Shown: positions 18,333-26,531, counted from the stretch's first letter. The stretch: DNA of 64,000 bases from Desulfosudis oleivorans (GCA_020723325.1 DYJD01000003.1:167822-231821), one strand, 5' to 3'. Numbers and translations: made by a program. The notes: generated from the sequence alone by a model not told the origin.

Positions 18333-20570
18333 TTACAGATGCATGGCCCCATGATCAATATGATGGGTAAATAACAAGTAGCGCTCTGCTTGGACTCGTT
18401 CCCCTTGGGTATAGGGGCGCGAGCCGTCCAGATGTGACACGCAGCGTTCTATTTTCGCCAAGGAGTCGGAAAGCTGCCGGATGAACACATCCAGCGATGA
18501 CATTTCGCCATGAAACCGTGTGAAAGAGTAAATGTAGAGTTTGTCCTTTTGGTTTTTTTTCGCGATCTCAATCGCTTTTTCTAGAATTTTAACAGTATGT
18601 CTGCCGGTAGCCGCGGAGCGGATGGGATAAAAATCCCAAAGAACGGCTGCGAAGCAAAAATAAATCGTCGGCCGGTAGGTGTCCAAGGCCACGGCATTGT
18701 CATGGGTTTGAAATGCTTTTAAAAGGGCCAGATCCAGTTCTGGAAGTTGTTCTTCAACCGGGGCGGTTTCCCGCAGCCAGCCCATGGCATACAACATGTC
18801 CAGGGCCGGCTTTCTGGCAATCTCGATGGGAATGCCGATGGGCTTTTCAGGGTTGACACAAATATCCTGGTCATAGGCCAGGATGCGCTTCAGAATGCGG
18901 ACGCAAATCAGTAAATAAACCGAACGCGTGCCCCGGGGAGAGACGGACATGCCTTTTTCAAACAGATCCTCGGCCGCATTCAGGAAGTCAAACACGCTGG
19001 AAGGGTCTATGTGAATATCAAAATCCACTGGTTTGCCGTGCTGCTTGCGGATAAAGCGCAGGTTGGTGATGGCCTGGGTCAGTCGCAACACTGCAAACTC
19101 AACATAAAAATCCTCGTCCAGGGCCTTGCAGTTGGACAGGATGAAGGCCGCCTCCTTTTCAGCGCGCCGGAAATGGGCCGCGGCCACCGAATAGGCGATT
19201 GCGTTTGAGCCCAGGTCCCGATAAATCACCATGCGCAGGGAGCGGGCGCTCAAATTGGTCGGATTGGTGCTTAGAACAATGCGCAGTATTTCCAAGGCTT
19301 CCCAAAGTTTGTTGCGGAAGTAAAGTGTTTTGGAAATTTCAACCCCCAGCAGCGTGTTTTGCGGGGAACGCATCAGGGCTGTGACGGCATTGGTATGATT
19401 TTGATATTCGATTTTCGACCGGGAGCAATAGGCGCTGTCTAAAAGGGTTCGTAAAAGATCGGAGTTTGAAACCGCCTCGTCTTTTAACAGGCCGGGAATG
19501 AACGGCCAATAGATGGAACTCCACAGCCCGACAATCCACCAGATGCTTAGCAATTCGCCGTTGAACAAGGAAATTTCTTTGGGTTTGTTGTTGAAAATGG
19601 CGCGGATATCATTGATTAAAAGGCATTGCCTGGCAAAATCGGTAACCCGGATGACCGGATCGCCTGGAAGTCTCGCACTTAAAAGGGGTTGAAGATAATT
19701 ATCAAGGGTGGTGAAATTGCCGGCGGCGATGCCGATGGATAAAAAACGCTTGGGGCTGGCAAAGGGCGAAAGGGCCCATCTGACCGCCATTTGATGCCCC
19801 ACGGAAGTGGCGTTGCGGATGCCTTGCTGATAGCAAGACAGGTCATGGATGCCCTCCTCTTTTGGAAAATCAACATACAGGGTGGTGATATCATAGACCC
19901 TTACCGCTCCCCATTGTCCGCCGGGCGCCACGGTCAGGCCTTCCTTGATAAACTGTTTTAAATCCTTTTTCAGCCAGATAATAATATCTTGTTCAATGAT
20001 GTCCCCCCGGCTGATCAGGGAAAGGCCGATGCGTACGCCGTCTTTGGCGCTGACCGGGCGGTCGCTTTTATGGCAGATTTTCATTAGGGCCGCGTAATTC
20101 CAGCCCAGATTCAATTCGCTGCGCTCATACCCAAGCCAAAAGGCTAAGCTGCGCAGGACGTTCTGCTTGTGCAGGGTGTCGGCCGGCTCTTGCTTGATGC
20201 GGGTCAGCATGGTGTTGCTGATTTTGGGCAGGGCGATATCGAATTTATCCAGCAGGGCATTGATGCGGGCCACCAGGCCGCGACCGGACAAGCCGGTTTG
20301 CAGAAAATCCTCCTTGTTGTCCAGCAGGGCCTCCATGGTGATATTCCGGGGCAGGTCTGGATTGGATCTGTGCTCAACGTTGTTTTCAAGCCAATCCTGA
20401 AATGAGTCCCTGGTGTTGTCTGAAATGATCCCTATGTTTGCGGCAAAGGCGATCAAGGATTCCAGGACCCGATCAGCACCTTCACCGGTTAAAAATTCTT
20501 CATATTCCTGCATTGTCGGAAAAATCGCGAGAATTGCCGACATGGCTTTGATTTTCAAAGTGACCTCCAT
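18333..20570 (-). CDS. large orphan protein with putative XRE-like helix-turn-helix (candidate cluster regulator)
   Basis: 745-aa ORF directly upstream of the PKS and in the same orientation. Residues ~95-148 (…LPKISNTMLTRIKQEPADTLHKQNVLRSLAFWLGYE) fit the XRE/Cro HTH pattern. The remaining ~600 aa are helical with no motif I recognise. No obvious SD precedes the first ATG. Confidence 0.45.
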   Translation of the reverse strand: MEVTLKIKAMSAILAIFPTMQEYEEFLTGEGADRVLESLIAFAANIGIISDNTRDSFQDWLENNVEHRSNPDLPRNITMEALLDNKEDFLQTGLSGRGLVARINALLDKFDIALPKISNTMLTRIKQEPADTLHKQNVLRSLAFWLGYERSELNLGWNYAALMKICHKSDRPVSAKDGVRIGLSLISRGDIIEQDIIIWLKKDLKQFIKEGLTVAPGGQWGAVRVYDITTLYVDFPKEEGIHDLSCYQQGIRNATSVGHQMAVRWALSPFASPKRFLSIGIAAGNFTTLDNYLQPLLSARLPGDPVIRVTDFARQCLLINDIRAIFNNKPKEISLFNGELLSIWWIVGLWSSIYWPFIPGLLKDEAVSNSDLLRTLLDSAYCSRSKIEYQNHTNAVTALMRSPQNTLLGVEISKTLYFRNKLWEALEILRIVLSTNPTNLSARSLRMVIYRDLGSNAIAYSVAAAHFRRAEKEAAFILSNCKALDEDFYVEFAVLRLTQAITNLRFIRKQHGKPVDFDIHIDPSSVFDFLNAAEDLFEKGMSVSPRGTRSVYLLICVRILKRILAYDQDICVNPEKPIGIPIEIARKPALDMLYAMGWLRETAPVEEQLPELDLALLKAFQTHDNAVALDTYRPTIYFCFAAVLWDFYPIRSAATGRHTVKILEKAIEIAKKNQKDKLYIYSFTRFHGEMSSLDVFIRQLSDSLAKIERCVSHLDGSRPYTQGERVQAERYLLFTHHIDHGAMHL

Positions 20571-20575
20571 TTGGA

Positions 20576-20603
20576 TTTCATGAAACGTTTCTGTGTTTCA
20601 TGA
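20576..20603. promoter_or_regulatory. candidate operator, site A: TTTCATGAAA-cg-TTTCTGT-g-TTTCATGA, in the divergent region between the 745-aa gene and the ADH gene
   Basis: Contains the perfect palindrome TTTCATGAAA (20576-20585). TCATGAAAC (20578-20586) and GTTTCATGA (20595-20603) form a 9-bp inverted repeat with an 8-nt spacer. Confidence 0.4.
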
Positions 20604-20721
20604 TAAAACAGATATTTCACGAAAACACATAAAATATTTGACATGATTCATGATACACCATAGTAGCCTTAGACAAAAAAATCAAACTGAATTTTTCGAA
20701 AAAACCCCAGGAGAAGCGATT

Positions 20722-21897
20722 ATGTTACCGGAATTTTATCAGTTTCAATTATCGACAAAAGTGTTGTACGGGCCGGGCCTGGCCCTGGATTTTTCCCATG
20801 AACTGCACGAACTTGGGGCAAGCAGATATTTTCTGATTTCGGATCAGGTCATCCAGGCCTGCGGGCTTGTGGATGGGATTGCCGAGCGCTTGCAGGAAGA
20901 AGGTTTTACGATTACCGGCAAGTATTTGGATGTTCCCCAGGATGCCTCGGTGACTTGTGTGGAAGCCATTGCCGCCCAGGCAAGTCAAACCGGGGCCCAA
21001 GGGCTATTGGCCGTGGGCGGGGGCAGTGTCATCGATGCAGCCAAAGCCGCCAACTTTATCTTTACCAATGGCGGGAGCTTGATCGCGGATTACTCCGGAG
21101 CCGCCACCCTTGCAAAACGCCTCAAACCGCTGGTGGTCATTCCCACCACGGCCGGAACCGGCAGTGAATGCACCTTGGCGGCCGTCATCTATGACCAGGA
21201 GAACAATACTAAACTATCCTTTTCGGACAAATTCCTGTTGCCGGATCTGGCCGTGCTGGACCCGCAAATGACGGTTACCATGCCGTCGCTATTGACCGCT
21301 GCGACCGGCATGGACGCCCTGACCCATGCGGTTGAGGCCTATGTGGGGGTCGACGCCTCGCCCCATTCCCAAGCCCTGGGACAGCTTGCCATTGCATATA
21401 TCACCCGCAATATCGCCCAGGCCGTGGAAAACGGCGGCGACTTGACGGCCCGGGGCGCCATGCTGATCGGGGCCAATCTGGCCGGAATCTCTTTCTCCCA
21501 CTCCATGGTCGGCTGTGTTCATTCCATGGCCCATGCGGTGGGTGCTGTTGCCCGGGTACCCCACGGCATTGCCAATGCCATACTGCTGCCCCATGGGATG
21601 GCCTACAATCTGGAGGAATGCCAAGAAGCCTATGCCGGCCTGGCGCCGCTTTTTGGAGCTGATGCCAATGGCCGCCATGCCGGTGATGCGGCCCGGATGG
21701 CCATTGAAAGCGTGAAAAAACTCACAGCCGAACTGAACCGGATTTGTGCCCTTCCCATCCGGCTGAGGGATGCCGGCGTAGAAAAAGACATGCTGCCCCT
21801 GATCGCCCGCAAAGCGGAAGAAGACGGCACGGCCATCTACAACCCAAGGCCGGTAACGGCGGAAGAGATCATGGTTCCATTGCAAAATGCATTCTGA
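20722..21897 (+). CDS. iron-containing (group III) alcohol dehydrogenase
   Basis: Motifs are GGGSVIDAAKA, PTTAGTGSE and the His-rich metal site HSMVGCVHSMAHAVG. I prefer ATG 20722 (MLPEFYQF…) because AGGAGA lies 8 nt upstream; the ORF track begins at 20650. Confidence 0.85.
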   Translation: MLPEFYQFQLSTKVLYGPGLALDFSHELHELGASRYFLISDQVIQACGLVDGIAERLQEEGFTITGKYLDVPQDASVTCVEAIAAQASQTGAQGLLAVGGGSVIDAAKAANFIFTNGGSLIADYSGAATLAKRLKPLVVIPTTAGTGSECTLAAVIYDQENNTKLSFSDKFLLPDLAVLDPQMTVTMPSLLTAATGMDALTHAVEAYVGVDASPHSQALGQLAIAYITRNIAQAVENGGDLTARGAMLIGANLAGISFSHSMVGCVHSMAHAVGAVARVPHGIANAILLPHGMAYNLEECQEAYAGLAPLFGADANGRHAGDAARMAIESVKKLTAELNRICALPIRLRDAGVEKDMLPLIARKAEEDGTAIYNPRPVTAEEIMVPLQNAF

Positions 21898-21922
21898 AAA
21901 CCAAAAAAGAAAGGAAGTCAAA

Positions 21923-22336
21923 ATGGGATTATTTGCCAATAGTGAAGATTTTGAAAAGGTGATTGTCGGTTTTTTCAACCTGGTGGCCGAGACCCCGGAG
22001 GTCGCGGATAAACTGCTGGCCTCCAAACTGGTGATCCGCTTCAATTATCATGATCCGGAAGTGGTGGTGGTGGTGGACTGCTCCCAGGAAAAAATCCAGG
22101 TACGGTCAGGCGACAAAGAGGCCCAAGCCATTGTGGAAATGAGCATGAGCGCGGATATCGCGCACAAGTTCTGGTTCGGCAAGGTCAACTTGACCATGGC
22201 CCTGGCCAGGCGGCAGATGATCGCCAAAGGTCCGGTGCCGAAAATATTAAAACTGCTGCCGGCCATCCGGCCGACCTATACCATGTATCCGCGGTATCTG
22301 GATACAAGCGGGCACAGCAACTACAATGTTCATTAA
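21923..22336 (+). CDS. SCP2 (sterol/lipid carrier protein-2-like) domain protein
   Basis: MGLFANSEDFEKVIVGFFN...VIRFNYHDPEVVVVVDC...FWFGKVNLTMALARRQMIAKG has the typical SCP2 fold signature. GAAAGGAAG lies upstream of ATG 21923. Confidence 0.7.
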   Translation: MGLFANSEDFEKVIVGFFNLVAETPEVADKLLASKLVIRFNYHDPEVVVVVDCSQEKIQVRSGDKEAQAIVEMSMSADIAHKFWFGKVNLTMALARRQMIAKGPVPKILKLLPAIRPTYTMYPRYLDTSGHSNYNVH

Positions 22337-22352
22337 ACAAGGAGGGCAATTC

Positions 22353-24230
22353 ATGGGCGGCTACGCCGGACAATTTCTGCAAATCGATTTAACCGCAGGG
22401 ACAATCACCAAGCTCCCACTTGATAAAGCATTTGCGCGCAATCATATCGGCGGGCTCGGTTTCAGTGCCGAACTGTTTTTAGAGCATATAAAAAACAAGC
22501 CGCATTTTGATGCCTATGCCCCGGAAAATCCGTTTATTGTCATGACCGGGCCGCTTACCGGGATTCCCCTGAACGGCGCGGCACGCTGGACCGTCTGCGC
22601 CAAGTCGCCCTTAACCGGATTCTGGGGGGATGCCAATGTCGGCGGTTATTTCGGCGCGGAGCTGAAATGCGCGGGCTATGACGGCATGATTATTACCGGC
22701 GCAGCCCCCAGCCCGGTTTATATTTACATCCATGATGAACTCGTGGAACTCCGTGATGCCTCTCAATATTGGGGCCTGGACACCTATACTGTAAATGATC
22801 GGCTGCTTGCCGATCTGGGTGTTGACGCCAAACATCAAGGCCATACCCTGAGCATCGGTCCAGCCGGTGAAGGTCTGGTCCGATTCGCGGCTTTGATTCA
22901 CAATAAAGGGCATGCTGCCGGACGAACCGGCCTGGGTGCGGTTTGGGGCAGCAAAAAGCTGAAGGCGATCTATGTTTGCGGCAGCGGCAAAGTCAAACCC
23001 GCGCATCCTGCCCGGTTGAAGCAGTTGCGTGGCGAGCTTAAGGACCTATACGCCGAAAGCATCGGGATCGCCGCCATGCGCGCCACCGGCACCGTAACCC
23101 ATATGGACGTGGGCATCATCAGCGGCGATATTCCCATTAAAAACTGGAATCAAACCGATTGGGATCAAATCAACGAACTGGGGCCGGCGGCGATTGAAGA
23201 AAAAATCCATGCCGGTCACCGTACTTGCTTCGGCTGCGGCGTGGCCTGCAAGAAAGACGCGCGGGTCCCCGGCGGTCCTTTTAAGATGGAGAAAGGCCCG
23301 GCGCCGGAGTATGAAACCGTGGCAGTCTTTGGCACCATGTGTCTGAACCCGAGCATTGAATCCGTTGCCAAAGCCAATGAGATCTGCAATCGCATGGGCA
23401 TGGATACCATTTCCTGCGGTGCCACCATCGCCTTTGCCATCGAGTGCTTTGAACATGGCTTGATCCGTGCCGCCGATACCGATGGTTTGCAACTGGCCTG
23501 GGGAAACTCGGAAGCCATCATTGCACTTACGGAAAAAATCGGAAAAAAGGAGGGGATAGGCGCTGTTTTGGCCGAAGGGAGTGCCCGGGCCGCCGCCCAT
23601 TTCGGCGGGCAGGCCGCCGATTTTCTGACCACGGTCAAAGGATTGGAGGCTCCCATGCATGATCCGCGCAACGCCCATGGCTTTGGCTTGGCCTACGGGG
23701 TTTCCCCCCGCGGGGCCTGTCATGAAGCCAGCCTGACTTTTGAAGTGGAAGGCGGCACTTTTTATTTGCCGGATCTGCCTGGTCTTACGGCGGAACTTCC
23801 ACCCGGCAGCCAGGACCGGGCCCAACTCAATGTTGTGTGCCAGGACTACGGCATGGTTTTCTCCCATTGCGCTGTTTTCTGCAATCTGGGCGGAATGCCC
23901 CTGACCGCCACCCGGACAGTGGAAATTCTCAATTGCGTGACAGGCTTTGATTACACATTGGAAGAACTCCTTGCCATAGGACGAAGACTGTGGTTGCTCA
24001 AACGCGGTATCACCGGTTTGTTCGGCGCCCGCCGAAAAGACGACCAATTACCGAAAAAACTCATGCAACCGCTACCGGAGGGTCCCACTGCCGGAAGCAC
24101 TCCGGACATGGAACTGATGCTGGCCGAGTTCTATAAGATCAGAGGCCTGACCGAAGACGGTGTTCCAACCCCAGTCACCCTGGCGGCCAACCGGTTGGAA
24201 CAGTTGGCTGAACTTTTCAAACAGGCATGA
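22353..24230 (+). CDS. aor: aldehyde:ferredoxin oxidoreductase (tungsten/molybdopterin AOR family)
   Basis: N-terminus GGYAGQFLQIDLTAGTI…, with the AOR domain-1 pattern, CFGCGVACK and other FeS/pterin-region Cys. AAGGAGGG lies 6 nt before ATG 22353. Confidence 0.9.
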   Translation: MGGYAGQFLQIDLTAGTITKLPLDKAFARNHIGGLGFSAELFLEHIKNKPHFDAYAPENPFIVMTGPLTGIPLNGAARWTVCAKSPLTGFWGDANVGGYFGAELKCAGYDGMIITGAAPSPVYIYIHDELVELRDASQYWGLDTYTVNDRLLADLGVDAKHQGHTLSIGPAGEGLVRFAALIHNKGHAAGRTGLGAVWGSKKLKAIYVCGSGKVKPAHPARLKQLRGELKDLYAESIGIAAMRATGTVTHMDVGIISGDIPIKNWNQTDWDQINELGPAAIEEKIHAGHRTCFGCGVACKKDARVPGGPFKMEKGPAPEYETVAVFGTMCLNPSIESVAKANEICNRMGMDTISCGATIAFAIECFEHGLIRAADTDGLQLAWGNSEAIIALTEKIGKKEGIGAVLAEGSARAAAHFGGQAADFLTTVKGLEAPMHDPRNAHGFGLAYGVSPRGACHEASLTFEVEGGTFYLPDLPGLTAELPPGSQDRAQLNVVCQDYGMVFSHCAVFCNLGGMPLTATRTVEILNCVTGFDYTLEELLAIGRRLWLLKRGITGLFGARRKDDQLPKKLMQPLPEGPTAGSTPDMELMLAEFYKIRGLTEDGVPTPVTLAANRLEQLAELFKQA

Positions 24231-24484
24231 GGGCTTTTGAGAGAAGGCAATACTCTGTGCGGAACACGCATTTCATCCTTTTCGCCACAAAAAGGCTTAA
24301 ATTGCGCATGGAACTAGCCGGCAGGGGGATCGCATGTAAAAAAATACCCTCTGCACCTGTTGTACCATAAACCCGAAAACCCAGTGCTTTTCCTCTGCTG
24401 AACCCAAGACCCAATGCGATGGCCTTACCGCATATTTCGCGCCAAGTTTGCATGCGATTCCCTTGCTTCACTACCTATGGGATA

Positions 24485-24514
24485 TTGACACAACCAAATC
24501 GATCATGATATCGT
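24485..24514 (+). promoter_or_regulatory. possible sigma70-type promoter of vapBC
   Basis: TTGACA (24485-24490), a 17-18 nt spacer, then ATATCGT. GAGGAG SD lies before ATG 24545. The -10 element is weak. Confidence 0.3.
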
Positions 24515-24544
24515 AATACGAATTTAATCGATGAGGAGATTGTC

Positions 24545-24751
24545 ATGCAAACAGTAACCGTATCACCAAAATACCAAATCGTTATACCCAAAATGATCAG
24601 GGATGCACTGAATCTTCGTCCAGGCCAAAAAATGCAGGTAATAGAATATAATGGACGTGTCGAGCTTATACCGGAGCGCGATATCAAAGAACTTCGTGGA
24701 TTCTTAAAAGGCATCAATACGGAATTCAAGCGGGAAAAAGATAGGGTATGA
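24545..24751 (+). CDS. vapB: AbrB/SpoVT-family antitoxin (VapB-type)
   Basis: 68 aa. MQTVTVSPKYQIVIPKMIRDALNLRPGQKMQV matches the AbrB swapped-hairpin motif. There is a 4-nt ATGA overlap with the downstream PIN gene. Confidence 0.85.
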   Translation: MQTVTVSPKYQIVIPKMIRDALNLRPGQKMQVIEYNGRVELIPERDIKELRGFLKGINTEFKREKDRV

Positions 24752-25122
24752 ATATTGTAGATTCTTCCGGCTGGCTAGCGTATTTCGCAGATGAGCCCAG
24801 CGCCAAGCATTTCCTTGTTCCATTACATGACTCTGCTTCGCTTGTTGTCCCAACCATAACGATATATGAGGTTTTTAAGGTAATTCTTCGGGAATCCAGC
24901 GAAAACGAAGCGCTGCATGCGGCGATTGCCATGCAAAAGGGCAAGGTTGTGGATCTAAAAACATCACTGGCGATCGCAGCTTCAAAACTGAGTATCGAAC
25001 ACGATCTTCCAATGGCCGACAGTATTATTCTCGCAACGGCTCAAGAATTTAATGCCGTCATCTGGACGCTGGATTCAGATTTTAAAAATCTAAGCAATGT
25101 GAAGTATTTCCCCAAGAAATAA
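24748..25122 (+). CDS. vapC: PIN-domain ribonuclease toxin (VapC)
   Basis: 124 aa. MNIVDSSGWLAYF… supplies the first acidic residue, and a later …ADSIILATA… and …TLDSDF… complete the typical PIN pattern. Confidence 0.85.
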   Translation: MNIVDSSGWLAYFADEPSAKHFLVPLHDSASLVVPTITIYEVFKVILRESSENEALHAAIAMQKGKVVDLKTSLAIAASKLSIEHDLPMADSIILATAQEFNAVIWTLDSDFKNLSNVKYFPKK

Positions 25123-25158
25123 AATGTGCATAGGGGAGCATCAGCCATAATGGTGTAA

Positions 25159-25390
25159 TCGTCACAAGGCGCAGCGGCCCAACAGATCGCGGGCCATAAA
25201 TCCCTGATCGCAGACGTGACCGAAACCCATGACTTGTCCAAAAAACGCTATGAGAAAGGCCTGGACAGCTACCTGAGTGTCCTGGATTCCTATCGCTCCC
25301 TCTGCGCGGCCAAACAGGCCCTGGTAGGGTTGCGACTATCGCGACTGGCAAGCCAGATCAGGCTTTATGCGGTATTGGGCAGGGGAGTGG
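25159..25390 (+). pseudogene. 3' remnant (~75 codons) of an RND-efflux outer-membrane-factor gene (NodT/TolC family)
   Basis: The frame is open from 25159 and reads …AAAQQIAGHKSLIADVTETHDLSKKRYEKGLDSYLSVLDSYRSLCAAKQALVGLRLSRLASQIRLYAVLGRG. This is the conserved C-terminal helix pattern (RY.xG..sYL.VLdaqRsL…LY.ALGGGW). The preceding ~400 codons are missing. Confidence 0.75.
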
Positions 25391-25431
25391 AATCAAATAA
25401 CTTCAATAGTATTGTAAGGAATGATGGAATC

Positions 25432-25452
25432 GGTGGGCACAGCCCACCCTAC
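25432..25452 (+). repeat. REP hairpin (family 1) GGTGGGCACAGCCCACCCTAC
   Basis: GGTGGG/CCCACC stem with a 5-nt loop and a CTAC tail. The same consensus recurs at 26238 and, inverted, at 26321. Confidence 0.85.
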
Positions 25453-25513
25453 GAAGATGTGATAGTCATGTCCAGCAAGGTAAAATAGATTTGCAATTGT
25501 ATCTTTGATTGTC

Positions 25514-25531
25514 GGATGGGTTGTGCCCATC
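25514..25531. repeat. REP-like variant hairpin GGATGGGTTGTGCCCATC just upstream of the RAYT start
   Basis: GATGGG/CCCATC inverted repeat with a 5-nt loop, the same architecture as the family-1 REP. Confidence 0.5.
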
Positions 25532-25544
25532 AACAATGCGATCG

Positions 25545-26099
25545 ATGCCGAATTATAAAAGAGCCAAAAGTGGGGCAACCTATTTTTTCACGGTGGTGAC
25601 CCATGAACGCCGGCGGATATTGTGCTTGGAACAAAGTCGTGCGGTCTTGCGCTGGGTGATTCGGAATGTGCAGCTTGAATATCCTTTTACCATTGAGGCC
25701 TTTGTGTTGTTACCGGATCATCTCCATTGCATTTGGACTTTTCCAAAAGGAGATACGGATTATTCCAAGCGTTGGGGTATGATCAAAAAGGAGTTCACCA
25801 AACAGGTGCGGAATGATATCGAACGGTTGTTAGGCGAAGACCACCTCACGGAATCGAGAATTAAACATCGCGAGGCAGGTATTTGGCAACGGCGATTCTG
25901 GGAACATCTAATTCGGGATCAGAATGATTTTAACCGCCATTGTGATTATATCCACTATAATCCAGTAAAGCATGGATTGGTTTCCCAACCAAGTGAATGG
26001 GCGTATTCGTCCTTTCATCGGTTTGTAAAGGCAGGGAAATATGCGCCGGAATGGTGCGCCCCGGTTGATGTGGAATCACAAGCAGATTTTGGCGAGTAA
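25545..26099 (+). CDS. REP-associated tyrosine transposase (RAYT; IS200/IS605 Y1 transposase-like)
   Basis: MPNYKRAKSGATYFFTVVTHERR…FVLLPDHLHCIWTFP (HUH-type motif)…GIWQRRFWEHLIRD…YIHYNPVKHGLV (catalytic Tyr region). I prefer ATG 25545; the ORF track begins at TTG 25509. Confidence 0.9.
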   Translation: MPNYKRAKSGATYFFTVVTHERRRILCLEQSRAVLRWVIRNVQLEYPFTIEAFVLLPDHLHCIWTFPKGDTDYSKRWGMIKKEFTKQVRNDIERLLGEDHLTESRIKHREAGIWQRRFWEHLIRDQNDFNRHCDYIHYNPVKHGLVSQPSEWAYSSFHRFVKAGKYAPEWCAPVDVESQADFGE

Positions 26100-26237
26100 A
26101 TGCGAATAGAGAGAAATTAAAGCCATAAAACGGGTAGAAGAGAAGCATGGTCGAAGTAGTCCACACAACACGGATGGTTGGGTGAAAGATGGGGGCAAGG
26201 TTTTGTTGTATTGATTGGGTTGTAAATGAATATTGGC

Positions 26238-26258
26238 GGTGGGCGCAGCCCACCCTAC
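26238..26258 (+). repeat. REP hairpin (family 1) GGTGGGCGCAGCCCACCCTAC
   Basis: Same consensus as 25432. It forms an inverted doublet with 26321-26341. Confidence 0.85.
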
Positions 26259-26320
26259 ATAGATACTTGGCCGAAATGTGATCGGCAAGTCTCGGCATTG
26301 ACCCTGGTTTTTTTACAAAT

Positions 26321-26341
26321 GTAGGGTGGGCTATGCCCACC
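26321..26341 (-). repeat. REP hairpin (family 1), inverted copy GTAGGGTGGGCTATGCCCACC
   Basis: Reverse complement of GGTGGGCATAGCCCACCCTAC, lying 62 nt from the 26238 copy (REPIN-like doublet). Confidence 0.85.
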
Positions 26342-26370
26342 AAAAAAACGTATATAAAACAAACCCCATA

Positions 26371-26531
26371 AAACGAAACTTAAATGGGTTGGCGATGATT
26401 ATATCCGGTAATAGGAATGATAGGAAAGGGGCCAGGAAATTATCTTATGACTCAATTTGAGGGGCGATGAATCGTTGCTGGATAAGGGATGCGGAGATGG
26501 AGAGGTCACGGCCGAAAAATCAAATCATCTG
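26371..26531 (+). pseudogene. decayed 5' remnant of a paralog of the methyltransferase gene at 27248
   Basis: DNA at 26371-26531 aligns by eye with 27267-27430 (e.g. ttgaggggcgatgaatcgTtgctggatAAgggAtgCggagatggaGaggtCacGgccgaaa vs ttgaggggcgatgaatcgCtgctggatGTgggGtgTggagatggaAaggtTacTgccgaaa). In the gene's frame the remnant reads TKLKWVGDDYIR**E**ERGQEIIL*LNLRGDESLLDKGCGDGEVTAEKSNHL, with multiple stops. Confidence 0.75.

Larger units (their letters stand above)
25432..26341 (+). mobile_element. RAYT-REP unit (transposase gene bracketed by its cognate REP hairpins)
   Basis: The RAYT gene has one REP plus one REP-like hairpin upstream and an inverted REP doublet downstream. Confidence 0.7.

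Noticed and set aside
20638-20666. TTGACA-N17-TAGTAG as the promoter of the ADH gene
   Set aside because: The -35 element is perfect, but the -10 matches only 3 of 6 positions and lacks the invariant final T. This is too weak to annotate.
24217-24471. 84-aa minus-strand ORF, plus a 47-codon plus-strand ORF, in the AOR-vapB spacer. Considered as a transposase or MoaD-like remnant.
   Set aside because: I could not tie either translation to any family. The region may still be a decayed fragment, but I have no evidence for that.
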